A stretch of 64,000 bases of DNA. It comes from a virus (Duplodnaviria; Caudoviricetes). The translations under genes were made by a program, and so were the position numbers. The notes beneath the pieces are model-generated. The model did no database searches and was not told where the DNA came from. It saw only the letters and a list, made by a program, of their open reading frames with translations. Within the stretch, counting starts at the first letter, position 1, and each line of letters starts with the position of its first letter. The stretch is from positions 45,728 to 109,727 of IMG/VR virus record IMGVR_UViG_3300029288_000101; one strand, written 5' to 3'. This document shows positions 40,674 to 49,970 of this stretch, in pieces.

Positions 40674-41157
40674 AATTTTTCCTCCTCATTATCAGTTTCA
40701 AAATGTTCAGGATTCTTAATTCTGCCTTTATTTGCTCCGTAGCCTAAGAGTATAAGAAAGGCTAACAAGGCTATTATTATTACTGTCATAGATTTATTGG
40801 TTTAAAAGATTATTATAAAAACATTCTGCTTCTTTGTCTGCTTTTTGCATTTATAAATAATAATGTATTTGCTATTAAACATATAAAACGAAGCTCTTTC
40901 AAAAGAAGTTAAACCGCCCTCAACCAGTTTTTGCATGGGACTTTTAATTTCAAATTCCTTTATAATTTCGTAGTCATGTTCACAAAATAATTTCATTTTA
41001 TTTAAAATATAATAGGTTTTATATCAATTTCTCTTATTTTTAAATTTTTAGCATAAACAATCGCTTCTTTATCTGTATTACCTGGAATTCGTATTCTTCC
41101 TTTACAAACACCATCTTTAAATACAATTATATAATATTTTGACATATAATTTTTATT

Positions 41158-41391
41158 TTATTTAAAATATTTACATTTTTCACAATTACCTAGTGCTAAA
41201 AATTGATTACAATCAATCGGTCTATTATTTTCTAAACAAACCGATTTTATAACACCAGATAAAATTAATTGTTTCATTACATAGTTAGCACCAGCAATAA
41301 ATCCATCATATTGCCCCGTTGCTACTTCACTTGTTAAAGTATGATTTGCATACTCTTTTGCTTTTTCTTTAATATGGTTCTTCGTTATCAT
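41158..41391 (-). CDS. hypothetical protein
   Basis: 77-aa ORF with GFIAGA motif. Confidence 0.5.
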   Translation of the reverse strand: MITKNHIKEKAKEYANHTLTSEVATGQYDGFIAGANYVMKQLILSGVIKSVCLENNRPIDCNQFLALGNCEKCKYFK

Positions 41392-41870
41392 AGTTATTAA
41401 ATCTTAAATTACAACTAATTTTATCTGTAAACATTATGGAGTAATTCGCTTCGCTTTACGACAAGGCGAATTTTTGTTTAAAATTTTTAGTGCTTTTTCT
41501 AATTGTTCAATTCTAATTTTAGTTCCATGAATTAAATCTTCATCTTTTAAATGTTTGAAATTATCCAAATGGATTTTCTCATCCTTTAGTGCGTCTGTTA
41601 ATATAAAAATAGCATACCTCATATTATAAAAATTTTAAATATTTCAAAAATTCTAAACCTTGTCTATTACTCTTTCGTTAATAAAATTAATGTAATCCTC
41701 TTGCGACATCTCCACTAATACAGAGTTTTTTATTAATTCTTTCGCAAATACATTCTTTTAAAATTAGTAATTGTTTTTATCCTCGCCCAGAATAAAATAG
41801 TCGGTTATTATTTTATCTATAAATTCTGGTGGCAGTATTAATATTTTTTTCTTTGCCATATTAAAATATT

Positions 41871-42378
41871 TTAAAAATCATCAACTATTATAATATATAG
41901 AATAAAACTTACCACTAAAATAAGAGATAACCAAAGCATTATTCCAAATAATAAATTGTTTGGATACCTACTAATGCCATTAGGACAAGTTACCGATTCA
42001 GAACTTTCACTTTTCTCAAGTAAGGTTTCTCTTAATTTCATAAGCATATTACTTTTTAAAAGTGGCGATGCAGTATCGGGGATAGCAATAAGTTCGTTAT
42101 ATGAATTCTTTATGTTAATATACCAAAATCCTATATCTTCATTAGGAGTTTTATATAAAACAGATGTATAACCAGTCGTTAATTCATTTTTTTTCGGCAT
42201 AATCAATAGCAATTTTTAATTGAGATGTTGCTATTTTAATTGTATTTGCGTCCGCCGCTCTTTTCAGATAACCTTTGCATTGTTGTTCAAATATAATGCT
42301 TTTTACAATTACTGTTGTTGCAGTTGATAAAAAAATAATCATCATAATTACTGCTAATACTGTCATTAATGTTTTCAT
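41871..42378 (-). pseudogene. membrane protein gene split by a homopolymer frameshift
   Basis: ORFs 42184-42378 and 41871-42212 join if one base is removed from the 8-nt run at 42187-42194 (IDYAEK-NELTTGYTS). Confidence 0.7.
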
Positions 42379-42630
42379 TTTTTTAATTTTTGATTTATAA
42401 TTTGGTTTATTTCTTTCTTTGCCATAATCTTAATTTAAAAAGGATATTTTAAATCATAACTTAATCTAATTCTGAAAATTGTCAATGATATAATTAGTCC
42501 GCATTCTTTATCAAATTTTATATCAAATTCTATTAATGAAAAATGTGAAGCATAATAAATTGATATTTCTTTATACCATTTATTAAAAGATATTGATAAT
42601 ATTCTTTTCATATAATTTTTTATTTATTTT

Positions 42631-42993
42631 TTAAATTATAGTTTGCCATTCACACTTATCACTTATTGCGTTGCTTTCTTTCAGATCAACAATCATTTTA
42701 ATTAATCCTTCGGAATGTTGCTGCTTGCGGAGTTCACTCAATTCGTTTTCTCTTATTATCTGCTTGTTTTCAAACAAAATTAAGTATCTTTTGATGTCTG
42801 GTGTTTTATTGGTTGTTAACAAGTTTGTACACGATAACCATTCTACTAATGTTTTGCAATTAGTCATTTCTTTACCTTCAAGCGAAATAAACCATTCTCC
42901 GCCATCGTGCCAGATTTTATATCTTTTCTTTGTATCTAAAGAATTAATAACATCTTGAATATTTAATGAAACAGTAATATCAGATTTAAACAT
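42631..42993 (-). CDS. hypothetical protein
   Basis: 120-aa ORF. Confidence 0.55.
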   Translation of the reverse strand: MFKSDITVSLNIQDVINSLDTKKRYKIWHDGGEWFISLEGKEMTNCKTLVEWLSCTNLLTTNKTPDIKRYLILFENKQIIRENELSELRKQQHSEGLIKMIVDLKESNAISDKCEWQTII

Positions 42994-42996
42994 ATT

Positions 42997-43221
42997 TTAT
43001 GTATTTTTAATTAAAATAGCTTTTCGGTTCGGAATATCCACTTCATAAATTGTCCCGCATTTACAATGACAAGGAGAATGTCTATTGACATCAGCTAATA
43101 CATTATCAGGGCAATTATCTAACTCATAAACTTCCAAAAAACAATCTCCACTTTTAGTTTGGAAATCATTTTTCTTTCCGCATTTTGGACATTTTACTAA
43201 AACAGTATCAAATACTCCCAT
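42997..43221 (-). CDS. small zinc-ribbon protein
   Basis: MG.FD...CPKCG...FQTK...C.CG. Confidence 0.7.
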   Translation of the reverse strand: MGVFDTVLVKCPKCGKKNDFQTKSGDCFLEVYELDNCPDNVLADVNRHSPCHCKCGTIYEVDIPNRKAILIKNT

Positions 43222-43486
43222 AATATATTTATTTTAATGATTAAATTTTAAATTTATTAATCACAATACTGTGACATGGTTTCATAAAAAGTTTTTACCA
43301 TCTTTTCAAATTCTGGCAAGTCAATATCTTTACTCACATTCATATCAATTCTGTTATCAATATTAATTAATCTACATTGATACATTATGCTAATTCTTAT
43401 TGCCATTGATTTATCATTTTGAAACCTTCTTAAATTATAAAAGAGTATGCCAACTTCATATATTTTCTTTTTTCATTTTTTTGTTT

Positions 43487-45538
43487 TTATAAAATATAAA
43501 TCTCAGTGTTATTATTTGAATATAAAACGTTTTGTTTATTATAATTATCATATTTTATTTTTCCTGAAATAGTAATCAAATCTTTATTCTTTTTAGCCTC
43601 TTCTAACTTTTTCTTATATTCTTTCCACTCATCAGACCATATCGTGATTAGAATCTGTTCATAATTACTAAGAATTCTCATGCTACCAAACTTACCTTTT
43701 TTAGTTTTTCTTTCAACAAGTGTCAGTATTTCTCCTGCCACTGATGCTCTTTTATAATCTTTTTCAACATCAAAAAAATCTTCTGAATTAATAAACATAC
43801 CAGCGAGTTTCTTTGATTTTTTCTTAATTATTTCAGGAAAACATAAAATGCCAAAGCCTGTAAGTTCTCGTTGTTTTCGTAAAAAATTAAAACCTTTTGA
43901 ATAATAACTTTGTTGCTCTTTAGTTATTAAATCACCAGTAATTTTATGCAAAGATTCTAATAATTCAAATCTATCTGCTGCTTCTTCTATTTCATATAGA
44001 TTATCAAAAGCTCCAGAAAGTATCAAAACCTCTACAATATTCTTTCCACAGTGCTTTCCTTTCATTCTATTAATAAAGTTCTTGAGACCCTTAAACTCTC
44101 CATTCTGTTTTCGTTCCCTTACAATACACTTCACTATTGCTTCTCCGACACCTTTAATACTCTTTAAAGACCAATAAATTACATGACTTTCAACATCACA
44201 AGTAAAAGTTCCTTTAGAATAATTAATGTCTGGAGGAGACAGTGTTAAATCTAAATTTCTCTTCTTTATTTCATTTATCAATGCAGGTATATCCTCTGGC
44301 TTATTATAATTAAAACTAACACAATAAAACTCTTCTGGATAATAGCACTTAAGATATTGACACCAATACGACATTATAGAATAAGAGGCAGAATGCGATC
44401 TGTTATAGCCATAGCCACTAAAAAATAATAATTTTTTCCATATTTTTTTTGCTTCATTTTTCTCACAACCATTCTTTAATGCTCCTGAAATAAATTTCTT
44501 TTCAAATTCTAAAAATTCTTCTTTTTTAAAATGCTTTATCATTGACCTTATGCGATCAGCCTCAGACAAAGAAAAACCACCTAAAATATGCACTGCTTGT
44601 ATAATTTGTTCTTGATAAACAAATAAACCATGAGTTTTTTTAGTTATTTCTTCTAACATATAATCAAACTCAGGCTCTTTTTTACCATGTTTTATTTCAC
44701 CATACAAAATATGACTATTACTTTTCATAGGACCAGGGCGAAACAAAGCGTTCATGGCAATTAAATCTTCCATACTATCTGGCTTTACAAATTTACAATA
44801 ATTCTTTAAACCGCCAGTAGAAAATTGAAATACTTCTTCATTAAAACCTTGAGCAAATATTTTAAACACTTCTTTATCATTCATAGGGATTTTTTCTAAA
44901 ATAATATCTTCTTTCCTATGATTCTTTATTAATTTCAAAATCATATCAAATTTATCCAACAAATTTAATCCTAATAAATCTTCCTTTAAAAATCCTGCTC
45001 TATCTATATACTTCCCTTCCCATTCTGAAACAAGTACATATTGATTAGTTTTCTTATCTAATATCTTTCTAACAGGAACCCATTCAAATATATCTTTTCT
45101 TTCTCCATTAATATCTTTTCTTGGAACTATTAACACTGCTGAAGCATGTATAGAGTTTGTTTTTGGTTGTCCCATTACATTTTTCAACTGATTAATTAGC
45201 TTAAAATTTTCTTGAATAAATTTTGCTAATTCTATAGATTGTTGAGCATACTTAAATAAATCTTCAAATTTATAATCAAGTTGATCGTCTATCTTTTTAG
45301 TTAAAAAATTCATTTGAGAAGGTGTAAAAGATGTGTTAACTCTTGCAAAATCTTTTAAAATGCCCTTTAACTTTAATCTTGTAAAAGTACCAACAGAAGC
45401 AACATAATTCTCACCATATTTGCTTTCTAAATATCTCTTAACATCGTCTTTCCTTATGCTGCTATAATCTACATCAACATCAGGTAATTGGTCGGAACGT
45501 AATTTACTCTCTTTTAATATCTTAATTATTTTTGCCAT
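43487..45538 (-). CDS. dnaE: DNA polymerase III alpha (DnaE), C-terminal part
   Basis: PDVDVDY, HASA, KEDLLGL, VFQF, RPGP, YQEQ, YGYNRSHS, PPDIN, IKGVG, OB fold. Confidence 0.92.
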   Translation of the reverse strand: MAKIIKILKESKLRSDQLPDVDVDYSSIRKDDVKRYLESKYGENYVASVGTFTRLKLKGILKDFARVNTSFTPSQMNFLTKKIDDQLDYKFEDLFKYAQQSIELAKFIQENFKLINQLKNVMGQPKTNSIHASAVLIVPRKDINGERKDIFEWVPVRKILDKKTNQYVLVSEWEGKYIDRAGFLKEDLLGLNLLDKFDMILKLIKNHRKEDIILEKIPMNDKEVFKIFAQGFNEEVFQFSTGGLKNYCKFVKPDSMEDLIAMNALFRPGPMKSNSHILYGEIKHGKKEPEFDYMLEEITKKTHGLFVYQEQIIQAVHILGGFSLSEADRIRSMIKHFKKEEFLEFEKKFISGALKNGCEKNEAKKIWKKLLFFSGYGYNRSHSASYSIMSYWCQYLKCYYPEEFYCVSFNYNKPEDIPALINEIKKRNLDLTLSPPDINYSKGTFTCDVESHVIYWSLKSIKGVGEAIVKCIVRERKQNGEFKGLKNFINRMKGKHCGKNIVEVLILSGAFDNLYEIEEAADRFELLESLHKITGDLITKEQQSYYSKGFNFLRKQRELTGFGILCFPEIIKKKSKKLAGMFINSEDFFDVEKDYKRASVAGEILTLVERKTKKGKFGSMRILSNYEQILITIWSDEWKEYKKKLEEAKKNKDLITISGKIKYDNYNKQNVLYSNNNTEIYIL

Positions 45539-46488
45539 CCATTCCCCCATCTTTCATATTTTCCCCAACGAAATCCACCAGCTTGTTCTTGTTTACCATA
45601 TACACAACTTATAATTTCTCTTGCTTTTATGCCTGTTTCTTCAGAAGCTTCTTTCCAATCTAAATACATCTTAATGTATTTTCCTCTTAAATTCATTTTA
45701 ATAATTTTTTGAGATTTCAAATATTTCCAATAAAAACCACCTGCTATTTTTGTAAAATTACTACCACCAGCACTACATATTGAACCTCTATTAATCCCTG
45801 TCTGTCTAGAAGCATCCCCAGAACCATCATATTCTTTTATAAATTTTTTATTTAGATCAAATTGTAGTATTTTTTGTGACATTCTTTTCCTATTTTTAAT
45901 TTTTTGTTCTTCAGACCATTTATTATTAAAATTAGGATTATTTTCTCCTTTATTTTGTATTTTTTTTATTTTTCTTAAATTCTCTTTTTGTTCTTCAGAC
46001 CATTTATTACCAAAATTAGGATTCTTGTCTCCTATTAAATTTTTTCCTAATTCACTCAAATGTTTAATTAATTCTGGATGTTCTTTATAATATTTCTTTC
46101 TTAATTTTGAAATTTTCTTAAGAGTCTTTTTCCCTCTCTTTGTTTTATAAAATTTTTTTAAAGATTTTTTAAATTTTTCAACAACTTCTGGGATTTTCAT
46201 TGGTGAGCCAGAACCAAATTTATTTGCTATTCCAGGAAGAATATTATAGCCTATCTTATTATCTGTAGAGTTAAATTCTTTTATAAAATATTTTTCATAT
46301 AAATCTAATTGTTCTTGTGTCTTACATTTTATTAATGTAATTCTTTCAAAACTTTCTTCTCCATATTTCTTAATAGCATATTTAATATTTCTTCCTGATC
46401 CTATATAATTTTGATCTTCTCCAGAATATTGTCCAATATAAATTTTGCTATTAATTAAATTTGTTGTTAAATAAATAATCCCTTTCAT
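45526..46488 (-). mobile_element. GIY-YIG homing endonuclease with NUMOD3/NUMOD1 repeats, inserted in dnaE
   Basis: GIIY...KIYIGQ, Y.GSG, E...I, GYN; two G..NPNF..KWSEE repeats; two AGGF.W domains. Confidence 0.9.
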
Positions 46489-46505
46489 AATTAGCTTTAA
46501 CTAAT

Positions 46506-48134
46506 TTATACCTGATATTGACTAAGACTTTTAAAATCTTCTTTTGTTAGCTCTTTCCCTTCTTTTAAAAATTCAAAATCTTTTTCTGGAATGTTAAATT
46601 TTCTTCCATCATCTAATTCAACAATCAATCTTTTCTCCAAAGTTCCTCTCGTTTCATTCAAAAATCTTTCAAACAATAAATCATATTTAATCGGATCTAC
46701 AGTTGTTATATCAATTAAAAAAGCAACTAAAGAGCCAGCTACTGAACCACGAGCATTGCCAACTCTTATTTTATTACTCTTTGCCCAACTTATTATATCA
46801 AAATTTATCAAAAAATAATCAAGAAAACCTAATCTTAAAATAAAATCTCTTTCATATTGCATTCGCTCTTTATATTCTTTCAATTTACTTTTTTCTACCT
46901 TCCCTAATATTTTCTTTCGCCACCCATCTTGAATTAAATAATCAAACAATTCAGTCTTATCTCCCTCATAAGGAAACAAAGGTAATTTTGGGATACCAAG
47001 TTGTATTTTAAAGTTACATTCTTCAACAATTTTATTTACATTATTAATTGCAAGTTCTAATATTTGCTCGCCTTCTAAATCATTATATTTCTTCCCTTCT
47101 GGAAAATAATCAATTAAATTTCTCACTGATTCTTCTACATCTTTATAATGCTCATTTTTACTATAAGGTCTAAATTCTCCTGCAAGTTTTCCTAAACTTA
47201 ATCTGGACTCATATTCTTCTGGTTCAAGATAATAAGAGTCATTTATTAAAACTGGTTCTATTGTGTCAGCAAACTCCTCCAAATATTGCTTGATGGAAAA
47301 CAAATGTCTCTTCTCAAACTCAAGGTTTTCATATTTGACTGAATCCATTTGAAAATATACTTCATCAAAGCACTTCTTTAATAACTTAACATAGCTTTTA
47401 TTCAAAAAACTTTCCTTGAACAAAACTAAAATTAAGCCTGTTCCAAATTCCAAAAATTGTTTCTCTTTTATAAATCCTTCATTGATTACATTTATTTCTT
47501 TATTTATCCTTAATAAATTTTTCCATCCTTCTTCATTTTTAACGTATAATTTTACATCATATTTTTCATTTTCAGTGTTTTCATCATAAAGTATTGTTAC
47601 TGTCTCTCCTAATATTGGTTTTATTCCTTTTTCTGTACAGGATATTTGAAAAGGTAATGTTCCTGCTAAAGAATTTTTATCTACTATTCCTAAACTTTTA
47701 TGCCCTAAAAATATTGCCTTTTGACACCACGCTTTTGCTGAATGAGAACCTGAAAGGAGTTCATATTCATCGTGAACACCAAGATGATTAAAAATAATTT
47801 TATTTTTATTCTCCGCTTCTCCAAGATATTTAAAATCAATCAAAACGCAAGGAACAATTAAATTTCCTTGTTTGTCTTCTAATTCTAAATTTACTTTTGA
47901 ATAATAATATTGACCACCAAAAAGAAAAACAACAAATTCAATCCTATTATTTTGTATTGATATTTGTTCTTTTTCTGTTAAAACCAAATTAAAATCCTTA
48001 TCAATAATAATTTCCTTTTCAGATAAAAGTAAAAAGTTGCCAAATCCTTTTATTGAATTAATATTATCTTCTAAGAAATCTTGTTGAAGCTGTATTTTAT
48101 TTCTTTTAACCCAATTATTAAATCGTTCTAACAT
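46506..48134 (-). CDS. dnaE: DNA polymerase III alpha (DnaE), N-terminal part (PHP plus start of palm)
   Basis: HLGVHDEYELL.G, KPILGE, NDSYY, YFL, RGSVAGSLVA...DP....LFERFLN. Confidence 0.92.
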   Translation of the reverse strand: MLERFNNWVKRNKIQLQQDFLEDNINSIKGFGNFLLLSEKEIIIDKDFNLVLTEKEQISIQNNRIEFVVFLFGGQYYYSKVNLELEDKQGNLIVPCVLIDFKYLGEAENKNKIIFNHLGVHDEYELLSGSHSAKAWCQKAIFLGHKSLGIVDKNSLAGTLPFQISCTEKGIKPILGETVTILYDENTENEKYDVKLYVKNEEGWKNLLRINKEINVINEGFIKEKQFLEFGTGLILVLFKESFLNKSYVKLLKKCFDEVYFQMDSVKYENLEFEKRHLFSIKQYLEEFADTIEPVLINDSYYLEPEEYESRLSLGKLAGEFRPYSKNEHYKDVEESVRNLIDYFPEGKKYNDLEGEQILELAINNVNKIVEECNFKIQLGIPKLPLFPYEGDKTELFDYLIQDGWRKKILGKVEKSKLKEYKERMQYERDFILRLGFLDYFLINFDIISWAKSNKIRVGNARGSVAGSLVAFLIDITTVDPIKYDLLFERFLNETRGTLEKRLIVELDDGRKFNIPEKDFEFLKEGKELTKEDFKSLSQYQV

Positions 48135-48160
48135 TTTATATTTCTAAGATTTTTAAAAAT

Positions 48161-49336
48161 TTAAAAAGTTCCAACAAAATTATCTCCTCTTTTGTTTAAC
48201 CTTTTATAAAAAAAATTTCGAGCTAACATACAAAAATCAGCTCTCTTATAAACTGAATTATTGCTTAAAAGTTCTTCTATACTTTCCAAAGCTAATCTTC
48301 TTCTATAATCAGTATTATTTGCATCATCAATAATACTGTGCTTATAAATTATATAAATCTTCAATAATTTAAAAATTATAAACAAACCTTTTGAAAAATC
48401 TTTTAATTCTTCTTCAAATCCCACTTTCTCAACTTCAGCTTTTATTATTATTCTTAATTGTTGAAGCATATTACAAGTCATTATATCTAATTCATCTAAT
48501 CTTATCACAGGTGCTTTTGAATTGAAATTAAAATTCAAAGGAACAGTATTTGCATTCGAGTATAATTCTCCTCTTAACATATCAACATTATTACTAATAA
48601 ACCATTCAAAAGAATCATACATATTTTTTGCAATAGAGTTATCAATATAAAAATGCAAAGACTGGCTATTATGTACCTGCTCGCCTTGTATTATTCCTAA
48701 ACAATTTGCCATTAATTCTGATAAAAAACTAAATTGAAACACATTAGTAGGTAATCCCCAATGTACATCATTTGACCTGTTTTGAACGGTTGTAAATAAT
48801 TTATTATCTCTTATCTTTAACATCACCATACAATTGCAAGCTAGATCTTTTGATTTAACTCCAAGGTCAAAAAAAGGATTCCACAAAGTTAAAACAACTC
48901 TCCTATCTTCAGAGTTTTCACTAAACATTTTAATAGCTAATAAAATTTGGTCTATAAACTTTCCTTCTGATTGCGTCTCAATACTATCTTGACCATAATA
49001 GCGCAATCTAAAACCATAAGGAGCATGAAATGCCTTTCCGTTATCTGAAAAATCAATCATACGAGAATTAAAAAACTTAAGAAATTCTACATCTTTTTGC
49101 CCAGTCCAAATCCACAATGCTTCTGCTAATAGAAAGAAAATATTAATGTCTCTGCCAAAACCGCCTACACATCTTTTAACAGGCTTTGTTATTATAGTTT
49201 TAAAATTCAATAATTCTTTTGTATTGCCAAACCTTGATTTCTGTTCTAAAGCTTCTTCAACCATATATTTATTTATTAAAGGATACACCTCTGAGAATGT
49301 CGAGGATTTTGAGCAATTCAATATTTTATCTAGCAT
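48161..49336 (-). CDS. thymidylate-synthase-superfamily enzyme, probable dUMP hydroxymethylase
   Basis: APYG.R, DRR, DLACN, NRSNDVHWGLPTN.FQF, SLH.Y. Confidence 0.7.
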   Translation of the reverse strand: MLDKILNCSKSSTFSEVYPLINKYMVEEALEQKSRFGNTKELLNFKTIITKPVKRCVGGFGRDINIFFLLAEALWIWTGQKDVEFLKFFNSRMIDFSDNGKAFHAPYGFRLRYYGQDSIETQSEGKFIDQILLAIKMFSENSEDRRVVLTLWNPFFDLGVKSKDLACNCMVMLKIRDNKLFTTVQNRSNDVHWGLPTNVFQFSFLSELMANCLGIIQGEQVHNSQSLHFYIDNSIAKNMYDSFEWFISNNVDMLRGELYSNANTVPLNFNFNSKAPVIRLDELDIMTCNMLQQLRIIIKAEVEKVGFEEELKDFSKGLFIIFKLLKIYIIYKHSIIDDANNTDYRRRLALESIEELLSNNSVYKRADFCMLARNFFYKRLNKRGDNFVGTF

Positions 49337-49396
49337 ATTTTATTATTTTTTTTACTTGTTTATAACTCTGTCTCAATAAATAACTTTGTTGGCAAT

Positions 49397-49425
49397 AAAA
49401 AAGGCGACCATACGGTCGCCTCTTT
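49397..49425 (-). terminator. intrinsic terminator
   Basis: GGCGACC-N4-GGTCGCC hairpin followed by a T run on the minus strand. Confidence 0.8.
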
Positions 49426-49441
49426 CAAAATTTAAAGAAAA

Positions 49442-49747
49442 CTATTTGTTTTGTTTTTCAACAGCATCAGGACGGCGAAATAGTGCTTTTCCTTTATAAA
49501 GAATAACAACGTATTCACCACGATTACCATCGATATGTTTTAAGTAAACCCCCACCACTTTCTTTTCTTCTTTAATGAAGACAATCTTATCGCCTTCTTT
49601 TAATTTAGAAGAAGTTTTTGTTTTTGATTCAACTTTCGGTTCTACTTTCTTTCCGTTCTTTTTGTTGCTGGTAACGGTTTCAGCTTTTTTAGTTTCAGCT
49701 TTTTTGCTTACTTCTTTTGTTCCCGATTTTTTAGTTTTTGTTCCCAT
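49442..49747 (-). CDS. small Lys-rich protein with C-terminal SH3/KOW-like segment
   Basis: Basic low-complexity N-terminus, LKEGDKIVF...; has its own promoter and terminator. Confidence 0.65.
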   Translation of the reverse strand: MGTKTKKSGTKEVSKKAETKKAETVTSNKKNGKKVEPKVESKTKTSSKLKEGDKIVFIKEEKKVVGVYLKHIDGNRGEYVVILYKGKALFRRPDAVEKQNK

Positions 49748-49776
49748 GATTTCAATTTTTAAGTTTAACAATTTGG

Positions 49777-49866
49777 TTTTACAATTTTAGTTTACATTTT
49801 CGAATTTACAAGCTAATTAAAGGTATTTTTCAGTACAAACAAAATTTTTTCATACTTATTTTTCAA
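49777..49866 (-). promoter_or_regulatory. conserved phage promoter/leader repeat, copy 2
   Basis: Matches 886-974 and 54170-54243. Confidence 0.75.
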
Positions 49867-49920
49867 AATATTTTATAATTAACAGTGAATTAAATTATTA
49901 TAACATGACATTTTTATATA

Positions 49921-49948
49921 AAAAAAAGCGTTCAAATTGAACGCTTTT
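49921..49948 (-). terminator. intrinsic terminator
   Basis: AAAAGCGTTC...GAACGCTTTT hairpin with a T run. Confidence 0.75.
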
Positions 49949-49970
49949 ACCTTTTTAATCAAAATTACCC

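Noticed and set aside
45526-46506. Group I intron or functional split intein in dnaE
   Set aside because: Only 17 non-coding nt are available and no P7-like core was seen; there is no intein N-terminal Cys/Ser and no C-terminal His-Asn followed by a nucleophile
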